Assembly (NCBI RefSeq): GCF_000018305.1
Contig: NC_009954.1
Location: 1,530,001-1,562,000, forward strand
DNA length: 32,000 nucleotides
Origin: Caldivirga maquilingensis IC-167
Lineage (GTDB): Archaea; Thermoproteota; Thermoprotei; Thermoproteales; Thermocladiaceae
Direction: 5' to 3'
Below are positions 18,031 through 26,614 of the stretch, in pieces. Numbering within the stretch: position 1 is the stretch's first letter; every line of letters begins with the position of its first letter. The notes below the pieces were generated by a model. The model had not been told where the DNA came from. It searched no databases and worked only from the letters and a program-made list of their open reading frames with translations. Position numbers and translations under genes: made by a program.

Positions 18031-19178
18031 TGTGACTCACCCTTAATTGCTTCTTCAAATTTATCCACAACTTTATCCCAGCTCCATTGCTTCGCGGTTT
18101 TGAGTCCATTCTCGATTAATCTCTCCCTGAGCTTTTCGTCCATGAGTATCTTGATTAGTGAGTTTGCTAGCCCCTCGACATCGCCCGGCTTAGCAACCAA
18201 TGCATTCACGCCGTCAATCACGTAGTCCCTATTACCGAGGCAATCCGTAGTCACAACGGGAGTTCCTGAAGCCATGGCCTCAAGCGGTGGTAGTCCAAAG
18301 CCCTCGACATATGATGTAAATAGGAATGCATCGGCACTGCTGTACAGCCTGGCCAGTAGGTCGTCGGGCACGTTGCTGAATACTGTGTATGTGAAGCTAT
18401 GCTTAACACTTTTTATTAACAAATCTACGAATTCCCTATCCCCAACTAGGATTGCGTGTATTGGCAATTTCCTAGAGACCTCACTCAAAACCCTAATGGC
18501 AACATCAGCGCCTTTCCACGGATTAGATCCTATGATAGTCATTACCTTATATTTACCCTTAACATCAACCAATTTATCCTTACTTGGCTTAAATACGTTA
18601 ATATCAACACCAGCACCAGTCACTAAGATCTTTGCATTATATTGCCTCTCTAGTATCAAATTCTTTATGTATGTCGATACTGCTAAGAATGCGTTAAATG
18701 GTATTCTAAGTGTTAGATCCCAAAGCCTTAAGCCGTAATGACCATCTGCTGATGCTAATTCTGGGAAATCTTGTACGAAATATAGTCTTAAGCCTTCATG
18801 TCTTGAGAGCCATAATGATAATGCCGTTGGATAATAGGTGGCTACTGCTGCATCAAAATTATTTGGTATTGCCTCAGCCAAGGGCCTAATAAGGTCAACC
18901 CTAAAACCAAGCCTCTTGGCAAAGGTGTTAACATCGATGTACTTATACTCCTTAACCCTTAAGTACTTAATCAACGAATATGCCCTAAGTAAGGTGCGCA
19001 TTCTCTTGGGTAATTCGAGGTACTTAACAGAAACCTTGACGTCAAACCATGAGTGGTCACCGCCAAGTGCAAGTACTTCAACGTAGTAACCCCTATCACT
19101 TAATCTGTTCGCAACCTCGAAAATAGCCCTATTACCACCAGCAATGCTAAGGCCGTATGTGATAAACAAAACCTTCAT
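18027..19178 (-). CDS. GT4 glycosyltransferase
   Basis: FLFTSYVEGFGLPPLEAMASGTPVVTTDCLGNRDYV; 383 aa. Confidence 0.85.
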   Translation of the reverse strand: MKVLFITYGLSIAGGNRAIFEVANRLSDRGYYVEVLALGGDHSWFDVKVSVKYLELPKRMRTLLRAYSLIKYLRVKEYKYIDVNTFAKRLGFRVDLIRPLAEAIPNNFDAAVATYYPTALSLWLSRHEGLRLYFVQDFPELASADGHYGLRLWDLTLRIPFNAFLAVSTYIKNLILERQYNAKILVTGAGVDINVFKPSKDKLVDVKGKYKVMTIIGSNPWKGADVAIRVLSEVSRKLPIHAILVGDREFVDLLIKSVKHSFTYTVFSNVPDDLLARLYSSADAFLFTSYVEGFGLPPLEAMASGTPVVTTDCLGNRDYVIDGVNALVAKPGDVEGLANSLIKILMDEKLRERLIENGLKTAKQWSWDKVVDKFEEAIKGESQ

Positions 19179-19228
19179 CTGACACGGATGCGCGGCAATG
19201 CTTATAAGAATTCTCTTGATCTGGCTTT

Positions 19229-20242
19229 ATGTCTTCCATTTCCCTCCTGGTCTTTAATAGAGATGATATTGATGGCGTCGTTAGGTTGTTGAGGATTCTC
19301 GGCAATATTGTTGATGAGTCCGTGGTCATAGACTCATCGAGCCCCACGAAGTACGGTGAGTTAATCAATGCCATCGAGGGCTTGGGTCTTAGTAACGTTA
19401 GGGTTTATAGAGCAATACCCATGGGATACCCAGACCCACTAAGGGCCTACGGGCTCTCAAAGGTGAAGACAGAGTACGTACTATACCTGGACACGGATGA
19501 GGTACCAAATAGGGCGTTAATACGGGATTTGAGAGGGTTTAATGAGGCGGATGGTTACGAGATCCTTTTCTGCGAGTGCGATAGGAAGTCCCTTCTCTGG
19601 CATATGCATTTATTTAGGAGGGATTCCGTGACGTTTAGGGGTATTGTCCACGAGCTGCTTGAGATCCGTGGTAGGGTAGTTAGGTTACCGACTAGGTACT
19701 TCATACTCCACATCCACGGTAACGATGCGATATACTATACTTATCCTCATTACTTCGCAATGAAGTACTCAGTACCTGAACTACTTATTAAAAAGCCGTA
19801 TGAAGTTAATTTAATTCGGGGGGAGAACCTACCATCGAGCTTACTTGGCACCTTATATTTGATTTTCAGGCGTATCTTCAACATTTACATGGACTCGCTT
19901 AGAGGTGGGGTAGAGAGTAAGGAAGCATCTTGGTGGAATCGTTATGAGCTGAGTCTTTATATGCGTTATTTAGTATTGCCACGGTGGTTTAGATATTTTG
20001 TTGATTTTCTCTCCCGTGATGTTAATGTGAGTGGTGGTGTTATTAAGTATCTTTGTCTTAATGATCCAGGGGTTGTTGAGGATCTGACTAATACATTTAC
20101 CTGGGATGTACCTGGTTATATGGTATTTGCCATGCTACTGATACATAGGTTTATTACAGGTAGATGTGCTAGAAACTTCAACGAGGTAAGAGGGGTATTT
20201 AGAGAGTTGGCAAAATACCTCCAATTAGGGGCTCGTCGCTAA
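19229..20242 (+). CDS. GT2-like (GT-A fold) glycosyltransferase
   Basis: ISLLVFNRDD.., VVIDSSS, YLDTDE (DxD), and LFRRDSVTFRGIVHE. The last motif resembles the KdtX/WaaE-type family-2 pattern (RlF....f.g.vHE). Confidence 0.55.
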   Translation: MSSISLLVFNRDDIDGVVRLLRILGNIVDESVVIDSSSPTKYGELINAIEGLGLSNVRVYRAIPMGYPDPLRAYGLSKVKTEYVLYLDTDEVPNRALIRDLRGFNEADGYEILFCECDRKSLLWHMHLFRRDSVTFRGIVHELLEIRGRVVRLPTRYFILHIHGNDAIYYTYPHYFAMKYSVPELLIKKPYEVNLIRGENLPSSLLGTLYLIFRRIFNIYMDSLRGGVESKEASWWNRYELSLYMRYLVLPRWFRYFVDFLSRDVNVSGGVIKYLCLNDPGVVEDLTNTFTWDVPGYMVFAMLLIHRFITGRCARNFNEVRGVFRELAKYLQLGARR

Positions 20243-20462
20243 AGCCATAGTAGATCAACTACGTGGCACTCTAGAATAACTATATAATCAATTGAGTATG
20301 TGGAATGCAGTTTCGTTTATACCTTAATGGAGAAAACTTCTACACTAATCCTTAGTTAAGTAGTCGGAAGCTAACTACGTACCTTACTTAATTCAATAAG
20401 TCTCTTAATAACAAGGATGGTGTTAATTTAGTGCGAATTCAAGGAGAAAGTGTTTATGCGTT

Positions 20463-21029
20463 TTATATTGGGTAGTTGAAGTTTGTTTCAGCGGCCTTGA
20501 GGGGTGGGCACTTGGAGTCCTTTTCACTGATTATTACATTACTTCTAATTGGCCATTCAATGCCTAACTCAGGGTCATCCCATTTCACGCACCTCTCGTG
20601 TTGCGGACTATACTCCTTAGTCATTAGGTAGAGGAATACTGTGTCGTCCTCAAGGGCCTGGAAACCATGGGCGAAGCCGGGAGGCACCCAGAGTAGCCTT
20701 GGTTCATTGGTGCTCAACTCCACGGCCACATGCTTACCGAACCAGGGAGAACCCTTACGTACATCAACAGCCACATCAATCACACGACCCCTCAGTACAG
20801 TCACCAACTTACCCTGCTCCATGGGCTTAAGCTGATAATGAAGACCCCTAACCACACCCCTCCTTGAGACTGATGTACTCAATTGAGTGAAGTCATAGAA
20901 CACCCCATTAGCTAGGAAGTCGGTTCGCTTCCAAAGCTCAGCAAAGAAACCCCTATGGTCCGGGAAGCGTTGATACTCTATTAAAATAACGTCAGGTATT
21001 TCCAGTCTCTTAAAGCTAAGGAACGGCAT
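20463..21029 (-). CDS. rmlC: dTDP-4-dehydrorhamnose 3,5-epimerase
   Basis: FPDHRGFFAE, VVRGLHYQ, QGKLVTVLRGRVIDVAVDVRKGSPWFG, LWVPPGFAHGF, and KWDDPELGIEWP. These are the full set of RmlC cupin signatures. Confidence 0.9.
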   Translation of the reverse strand: MPFLSFKRLEIPDVILIEYQRFPDHRGFFAELWKRTDFLANGVFYDFTQLSTSVSRRGVVRGLHYQLKPMEQGKLVTVLRGRVIDVAVDVRKGSPWFGKHVAVELSTNEPRLLWVPPGFAHGFQALEDDTVFLYLMTKEYSPQHERCVKWDDPELGIEWPIRSNVIISEKDSKCPPLKAAETNFNYPI

Positions 21030-21310
21030 GGTGTTTAAACCCCACCCCCGCGTATTTATTTATTACCCCCACCTCATATGCTCTAACCCACTTAGCCTTA
21101 AACACTTGCTCTGAAAATCTTAGGGAGGGTGCATTAATGGTGTTTATACCGATCCTTTAGTGGTCATTGATAAGGTTACCTACGTGGTTAGGTTAAGGTA
21201 AACCGGCAGTAACCTAATGTAAGTGCCTTACCGGTTAAAAATCGAATTATAAGGGGACTGACCCCCATGCTTGCTAATACCTATACTTCAAGTGATGCGG
21301 AGGGCTACGT

Positions 21311-22279
21311 TTAGAGTCCCAGTACTTTCTTATACCATTTAACCGTGAACCACCTATCCTCTGGTTTCAGGTATCCTATGAGTAATTCATGGTATACCTG
21401 TCTGACACCATCCCTTACCTGGTATACTGTGTTGAAGCCTAGTTTACGGATTTTCGCGAAGGATAACCTATAACTCCTCCTATCCACCTCACCCCTGAAT
21501 TTTATTTCAGCACCAGTTACCTGCTGCACCTCCTTGGCTATTTCAATTATCTTGTAATTCTGGTCATCGGAACCCACGTTGAATACCTGCCCACCAATCT
21601 CCTCAGGTGGCGTCTCCAGTATGAAGGCCACTGCCCTGGCTACATCAACCACGTGAACTAGGGGTCTTTCCTGCATTCCATCACCTTCAACCCATATCTT
21701 ACCCTCGTTAAATGCCGATAAGGTCATTGCGTTAACCACTAGATCGAGGCGCATGCGCCTTGATGGCCCATAAACCGTGGAGAATCTAAGAGCCGTTGAG
21801 GTGAAGCCATTACCATTAAGCGGTAGCACCTCCCTCTCCGCCTGTAGGTTTGCCTTAGCGTAAACAGTCAGTGGGTTTGGGGTTGCGGTCTCATCAACAG
21901 TACCACTCTGCCTACCGTAAACACTGGCACTGGAGGCTAGTATGTAGCGTGCCACACCCTTCTCCTTAGCCATCTTAGCCATCCTGACCCTGGCCTCGTA
22001 ATTAATCTGCCACGTTAACTGGGGTACAAGGTCCCCAGTGGGGTCGTTGGGTATTGCCGCTAAGTCAACCACCGCATCAACACCATTAAGGACCTCCGAC
22101 CCCGCTTCCCTAGCATCAGCCTTAACTAGCTCGAAACCCTTTTCACCAATCACGTGGGATAACACATCCTCACCAAATATGAGCCAGTCCACACACCTAA
22201 TTGAGTAGCCCTTCCTCATTAGATAGGGCACTAGCGTCGTCCCTATGTAGCCACCACAGCCAGTTACTAGCACTTTCAT
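21311..22279 (-). CDS. NAD-dependent epimerase/dehydratase-family protein (extended SDR), sub-family unassigned
   Basis: VTGCGGYIGTTL Rossmann motif and SSASVYG. The catalytic region reads YAKAN rather than canonical YxxxK. It is not RmlB-like (no TDEVYG-type Asp-Glu dyad). Confidence 0.7.
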   Translation of the reverse strand: MKVLVTGCGGYIGTTLVPYLMRKGYSIRCVDWLIFGEDVLSHVIGEKGFELVKADAREAGSEVLNGVDAVVDLAAIPNDPTGDLVPQLTWQINYEARVRMAKMAKEKGVARYILASSASVYGRQSGTVDETATPNPLTVYAKANLQAEREVLPLNGNGFTSTALRFSTVYGPSRRMRLDLVVNAMTLSAFNEGKIWVEGDGMQERPLVHVVDVARAVAFILETPPEEIGGQVFNVGSDDQNYKIIEIAKEVQQVTGAEIKFRGEVDRRSYRLSFAKIRKLGFNTVYQVRDGVRQVYHELLIGYLKPEDRWFTVKWYKKVLGL

Positions 22280-22282
22280 GGC

Positions 22283-23350
22283 TCACACCTCCTCAACCCT
22301 ACCATTTTCACCAATAATCATCCTGTGTCTACCGTTTTTAAGTATTACATATGATCTAGGGCCTATTACCGAGTCCGTTAACCTAGCCTTACCCAGGTGT
22401 AGTGTAACGCCCTCGAGGATTAGGCTCCTTGATATGCTGCCGCTCTCCATGTGTACACCCTCCTCAAGGCTCACGAAGTGCTCAATCTCAGCATCCTTAC
22501 CCACGTAGACACCCCTACCCACGTAGGCTGGTCCATGGACTGCGCCTTCCACGACAGCACCCTTCTCCACAATAACCCTACTACTTACCCTACCCCTCAC
22601 GTCACCATCAATCCGCGGTTTAGCGTCATCAAGCATCAACTGCACTAAATCTATTAAATCCTCCGGTGTACCCATGTCCTTCCACCAACCAGTGGTTAAT
22701 GAGTAACCAACCCTGTAATTATTATCTATGAACCATTGTATTAAATCAGTCACCTCATACTCACCACGGGCCGAGGGCCTCAGGTTGGAGAACGCCTTAG
22801 CCACTGCATCAGGGTCACGGAAGAAGTAGAGTCCAGTGACCACGTAGGAGTTAGGTATGGGTTGATTAGGCTTCTCAATAAGCCTAACCACCCTACCACC
22901 CTCCACCACGGCATTACCAAAGCGTTGAAACTGCTGATGCCTAGTGAGGACTATGAAGACGTCGTAACCACCCTCAAGAAACTCCCTGGCGAATCGCGTG
23001 AATGATTCCGAGAAGTAGTTGTCACCCAGAGCAACCACGAAGTCCTCCCTTAGGAAACCCTCCTCAATACCCCTGTAGATGGCGTGGGCAATGCCGAGGC
23101 GCCTCTCCTGGCGTATGTAGGTTACTGGGATGTTGAGTCTTGGGTCATTGTTGAAGTAGTCCATGAATAATTCACTAAACCTACCCACAACAAGCCCAAT
23201 CCTACTAACATCAATATCCTTTAACTTATCCATGGTGTAGGCAACAAGGGGTTTACCGAGGATGGAGATGAGGGGTTTAGGTATTGAGTATGATAATGGC
23301 CTCATGCGTTCACCAATACCAGCAACTAAAATAAGTCCAAGCATTATCAA
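22283..23350 (-). CDS. sugar-1-phosphate nucleotidylyltransferase (glucose-1-phosphate thymidylyltransferase-like) with a C-terminal left-handed beta-helix
   Basis: LILVAGIGERMRPLSYSIPKPLISILGKPLV (G.G.R..P......PK signature). The C-terminal part has hexapeptide-like periodicity (..VEGAVHGPAYVGRGVYVGKDAEIEHFVSLEEGVHMESGS..). The gene is adjacent to rmlC. Confidence 0.8.
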   Translation of the reverse strand: MIMLGLILVAGIGERMRPLSYSIPKPLISILGKPLVAYTMDKLKDIDVSRIGLVVGRFSELFMDYFNNDPRLNIPVTYIRQERRLGIAHAIYRGIEEGFLREDFVVALGDNYFSESFTRFAREFLEGGYDVFIVLTRHQQFQRFGNAVVEGGRVVRLIEKPNQPIPNSYVVTGLYFFRDPDAVAKAFSNLRPSARGEYEVTDLIQWFIDNNYRVGYSLTTGWWKDMGTPEDLIDLVQLMLDDAKPRIDGDVRGRVSSRVIVEKGAVVEGAVHGPAYVGRGVYVGKDAEIEHFVSLEEGVHMESGSISRSLILEGVTLHLGKARLTDSVIGPRSYVILKNGRHRMIIGENGRVEEV

Positions 23351-23447
23351 TTACCTTAATGCACCACTTTATAAGTATAGCATACATACTTCACTTAATT
23401 CAAGGTTCATAATTACTTAAAAAGGATCCCTAAACCACAGTACCGTA

Positions 23448-24926
23448 ATGAGCAGGTTGCTTAATGAGCCAGCTGTATTAGGCATATTGACTAACTACGC
23501 CTCAACCATAGTTAACTATGCATTAGCCATAGCCTACTTAATTGTCTTAACTAAATTCATTCCATTAACGCAATACGGTTACTACAACGCCATAGTGGCA
23601 TTATTATCTATTGTGAGCCTATTCTTCCCAACATTCGGCATAGATAATGCAGTGGCTAGGGAGGCAGCCATGGCTCATGCCTCAGGGCGTGGTGTGGATG
23701 GCTACTACTCGGCATTATTCGCCCTAACATTCACCTTAACCATGGGGTATGTGGTAGCCTCAATGGCGTTAATACCGGTTTTCATTAGGGATGGTGTACC
23801 ATCATGGTTAATGGGCATCATATACATTAACGCCGTTTCAGCGTTAATAAGCATGCTTGTTGGTGTCATGGGTTTTTACCTATGGGCAACGGGTAGGGTT
23901 GTGTCCCAGGGTGTTGGTTCAACATTAGGTAGTTTAACTTATAGGGTTGGTGAAGTGGCCTTGGTGTTGATTCTTCGTAACGTATATGCCATAGCCTTAT
24001 CGGTATTACTTAATAATATCGTGACCTTAGCCTACTACCTTTCTAGGGTTAGGGTTTTACCTAGGCTTAAGTTAGGTTACAGTGTGCTTAAGGCTAGGGT
24101 TAAGGCATTCCTTAACTCTGGGTTTCAATTCTGGTTAGCATACTACATTAATTCAATGTACGGCAGTATCCTAGCCTACCTGGTTTTCAAAACCATTGGA
24201 CCAACCTACTCTGGACTATACGGCTTATCCATTACCGCACTTGGTTCAGTGACCGGGTTTAGTGGGGCTGTGGGTAGTGTCTTTGGTTCAATGGCCTCAA
24301 GGGGCTTAGCCATGGGTGTTGACTTAAATACTATGACTAGGGATTACGCCAAATCAATGACGGTGATTACAGCAGTATTATCATTGGCAGCAGTTGCTCT
24401 CCTTCCCCTTGCCCCAATTATCCACATCTTCAACGGTGAATACGTTAAGGCAATACCATACCTAGCCCTCTTAATTGGTACAGCACCAGTATCCACTATT
24501 GATACAGTCTACATGATGTATTACTGGGTTAATGGTAAGGGTTGGTTAGCAGTGGAGAGGTCGCTGGTTGGGGCATTGGTAATGATTGCAGTATTCATGC
24601 TCCTGGTTAAGGAACTAGGCCTATACGCCGCAGTGGCCGCATCATACGCCGGTACAGTGGCTATTGTTGTGCTTTACTGGCTTAATAATAGGCCCTGGGG
24701 GCTTGGCTTTGGCCTTGTGGCATCATTATCCGTGCTAATGCCCACTGTATCAGCATTACCAATAGCCTTATACGACCCATTACTACCCTGGCCCCTCTTC
24801 CAACTAACCCTACTGGCATTATTCACCATAATAATGCTCCTCATTAAACCAGTAAGCATCAGCATAATCAATGATACGCCAAGGATACTAAGACCACTGT
24901 TAAAACCCTTCACCAGGAGGAATTAA
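23448..24926 (+). CDS. Wzx-like (MOP superfamily) polysaccharide flippase, intact copy
   Basis: 492 aa and hydrophobic throughout. The N-terminal block LTKFIPLTQYGYYNAIVALLSIVSLFFPTFGIDNAVAREAAM is shared with 10444. Confidence 0.7.
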   Translation: MSRLLNEPAVLGILTNYASTIVNYALAIAYLIVLTKFIPLTQYGYYNAIVALLSIVSLFFPTFGIDNAVAREAAMAHASGRGVDGYYSALFALTFTLTMGYVVASMALIPVFIRDGVPSWLMGIIYINAVSALISMLVGVMGFYLWATGRVVSQGVGSTLGSLTYRVGEVALVLILRNVYAIALSVLLNNIVTLAYYLSRVRVLPRLKLGYSVLKARVKAFLNSGFQFWLAYYINSMYGSILAYLVFKTIGPTYSGLYGLSITALGSVTGFSGAVGSVFGSMASRGLAMGVDLNTMTRDYAKSMTVITAVLSLAAVALLPLAPIIHIFNGEYVKAIPYLALLIGTAPVSTIDTVYMMYYWVNGKGWLAVERSLVGALVMIAVFMLLVKELGLYAAVAASYAGTVAIVVLYWLNNRPWGLGFGLVASLSVLMPTVSALPIALYDPLLPWPLFQLTLLALFTIIMLLIKPVSISIINDTPRILRPLLKPFTRRN

Positions 24927-25108
24927 TCCATGATCCATGGGGTTGTTTCATCATGATTAATGAGTAAGTGATGATGACTCCTCCACCATACTAACAATAC
25001 TCCCATCCACCTCATAACGCTTCATTCCAGTAAGGATTAGTTTAAGGATGAAGAATCAATGATTCATGGAAAAATTTATAACCAAGATACAGTGCTTCTA
25101 AATGAGTA

Positions 25109-25783
25109 ATGTCGCTTATAGATGAAGTTAAGAGAGTACTCATGGAGCACCCGGAAATCCTAGTGGAGGTCTTGGTATCAAGGCCGCAGATAATATACGA
25201 GGCATTATCGAAGATAGCGCCCTGGCAAAACCTGGCCACGAAAGACGACATTAGGCGATTGGAGGAGAGGATTAATGCACTCGAGGCCAGAATGGCCACT
25301 AAGGATGATCTTAGACAGTTCGCAACTAAGGAAGACTTAAAGCAATTCGCAACGAAGGAGGATCTTCAACGTGAGGTTAGGAGGCTTGAGAACATGATCA
25401 CGGCTCTTGGTGTAAGGTGGGGTATTTTCAGTGAGGATGCGTTTAGGCAGGGTTTACTTGAGATTCTTAGGGGTGCTGGTTGGTTTGTTTCCCAGGAGTT
25501 CATTTATGATAAGGATGGTTACGTGTTTGGTGAACCCTCTGAGGTGGAGGTGAACATTGTGGTTAAGGATGGCTTAACCATCATGGTGGAGTTAACATCA
25601 GCATTAAAGAGGGGTGACTTACCCATTATTAAGCGTAAGAAGGTGCTTTACGAGAAATTGAAGAATGTCTCAGTAAGTAGGGTTTACGTAATAACACCAT
25701 TCATTCATGATAAGTACCCGGATAGGGTTAAGGCCATGGCTAAGGACATGGGAATAGAGGTAGTATACCCAACACCCCAGTAA
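25109..25783 (+). CDS. coiled-coil protein with ATK(D/E)DL repeats and a C-terminal PD-(D/E)XK-like fold (archaeal DUF3782/COG5493-like)
   Basis: There are four ATK[DE]D[LI] motifs. The C-terminal part EVEVNIVVKDGLTIMVELTSALKRGD resembles a restriction-endonuclease-like core. The family name is from memory, not a search. Confidence 0.45.
   Translation: MSLIDEVKRVLMEHPEILVEVLVSRPQIIYEALSKIAPWQNLATKDDIRRLEERINALEARMATKDDLRQFATKEDLKQFATKEDLQREVRRLENMITALGVRWGIFSEDAFRQGLLEILRGAGWFVSQEFIYDKDGYVFGEPSEVEVNIVVKDGLTIMVELTSALKRGDLPIIKRKKVLYEKLKNVSVSRVYVITPFIHDKYPDRVKAMAKDMGIEVVYPTPQ
25295..25375 (+). repeat. three diverged in-frame 27-bp tandem repeats
   Basis: gccactaaggatgatcttagacagttc / gcaactaaggaagacttaaagcaattc / gcaacgaaggaggatcttcaacgtgag encode ATKDDLRQF / ATKEDLKQF / ATKEDLQRE. 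Confidence 0.85.
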
Positions 25784-25896
25784 CCCAATATTCATGAATA
25801 TTGAGAATTAATGAGACTAAGCCAACATAAGGCATTCTCAATTACTACGCATCCAGCCATTTAACCAAGTTCCTTTACCCGGCTTCATAAGTTCAT

Positions 25897-26277
25897 TTAA
25901 CTCCTTCTAGATCCTAGCCAAGTCACTGTAACTAGGATTATTATAATAATATCAATCACTATTACAGCAATAATCACTGGGTTAATTGTTGGAAGTGGGT
26001 AACCTAATACTGGTGCTGGGAATACCCTAGATTCAGTTAGGAGTAGGTAATTTATCCATGAGTAAACCAGTATGGGTATGTACATTACCCTAACACCCAC
26101 CAGTAGAAGTACAGCCGTTATTATTGCTAGTATGGCGTCAATTATGAAGAAGTAACCCACCACTGGTAGGAGTCTCACTAATGGTATTGATATGAATAGG
26201 TGTATTCCAGCCCATACTAGGAATAAGACCCCTGATATGACCCTCACAGGTAAGTAAACCCTAGACAAGGTACTCAT
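25897..26277 (-). CDS. small integral membrane protein (about four TM helices)
   Basis: 126 aa and almost entirely hydrophobic. No recognisable motif. Confidence 0.5.
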   Translation of the reverse strand: MSTLSRVYLPVRVISGVLFLVWAGIHLFISIPLVRLLPVVGYFFIIDAILAIITAVLLLVGVRVMYIPILVYSWINYLLLTESRVFPAPVLGYPLPTINPVIIAVIVIDIIIIILVTVTWLGSRRS

Positions 26278-26372
26278 GGTGAGTTTTAATTAACTAAAGT
26301 ATTAAAGTATTATTCGCAATATACTAATAAAGTGCATACTGAAAAAAGTTTAAAAGATTAAGACACAGTATC

Positions 26373-26570
26373 ATGATCATGGATACTGTGGGATGGGTAA
26401 TAATAGCCCTATCAATAATAGTGATAGTGGTGGGTGGAGTATTCCTAGCCATGATGCCAATGCATAATAATCAACACGCCGCAGCACCGCAAACCACATC
26501 TACAACTAAAACAACCACAACCACCACAACCAATAGTACAACAACCACAAAGCCGTCATGGGGTGGTTAA
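26373..26570 (+). CDS. small single-TM protein with a Thr-rich tail
   Basis: TM segment VGWVIIALSIIVIVVGGVFLAMM followed by TTSTTKTTTTTTTNSTTTTKPSWGG. It is short, so coding status is uncertain. Confidence 0.4.
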   Translation: MIMDTVGWVIIALSIIVIVVGGVFLAMMPMHNNQHAAAPQTTSTTKTTTTTTTNSTTTTKPSWGG

Positions 26571-26614
26571 GGGCCCTTTAATTTAATGATTATATTAAAA
26601 TAATGCTGCCGTAA

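Noticed and set aside
26490-26555. An ACA/ACC-rich repetitive DNA that looks like a microsatellite.
   Set aside because: It is in-frame Thr codon repetition encoding the Thr-rich tail of ORF 26373..26570. A similar Thr/Asn/Ser linker occurs at 27890-28030. This is coding low complexity rather than a non-coding repeat.
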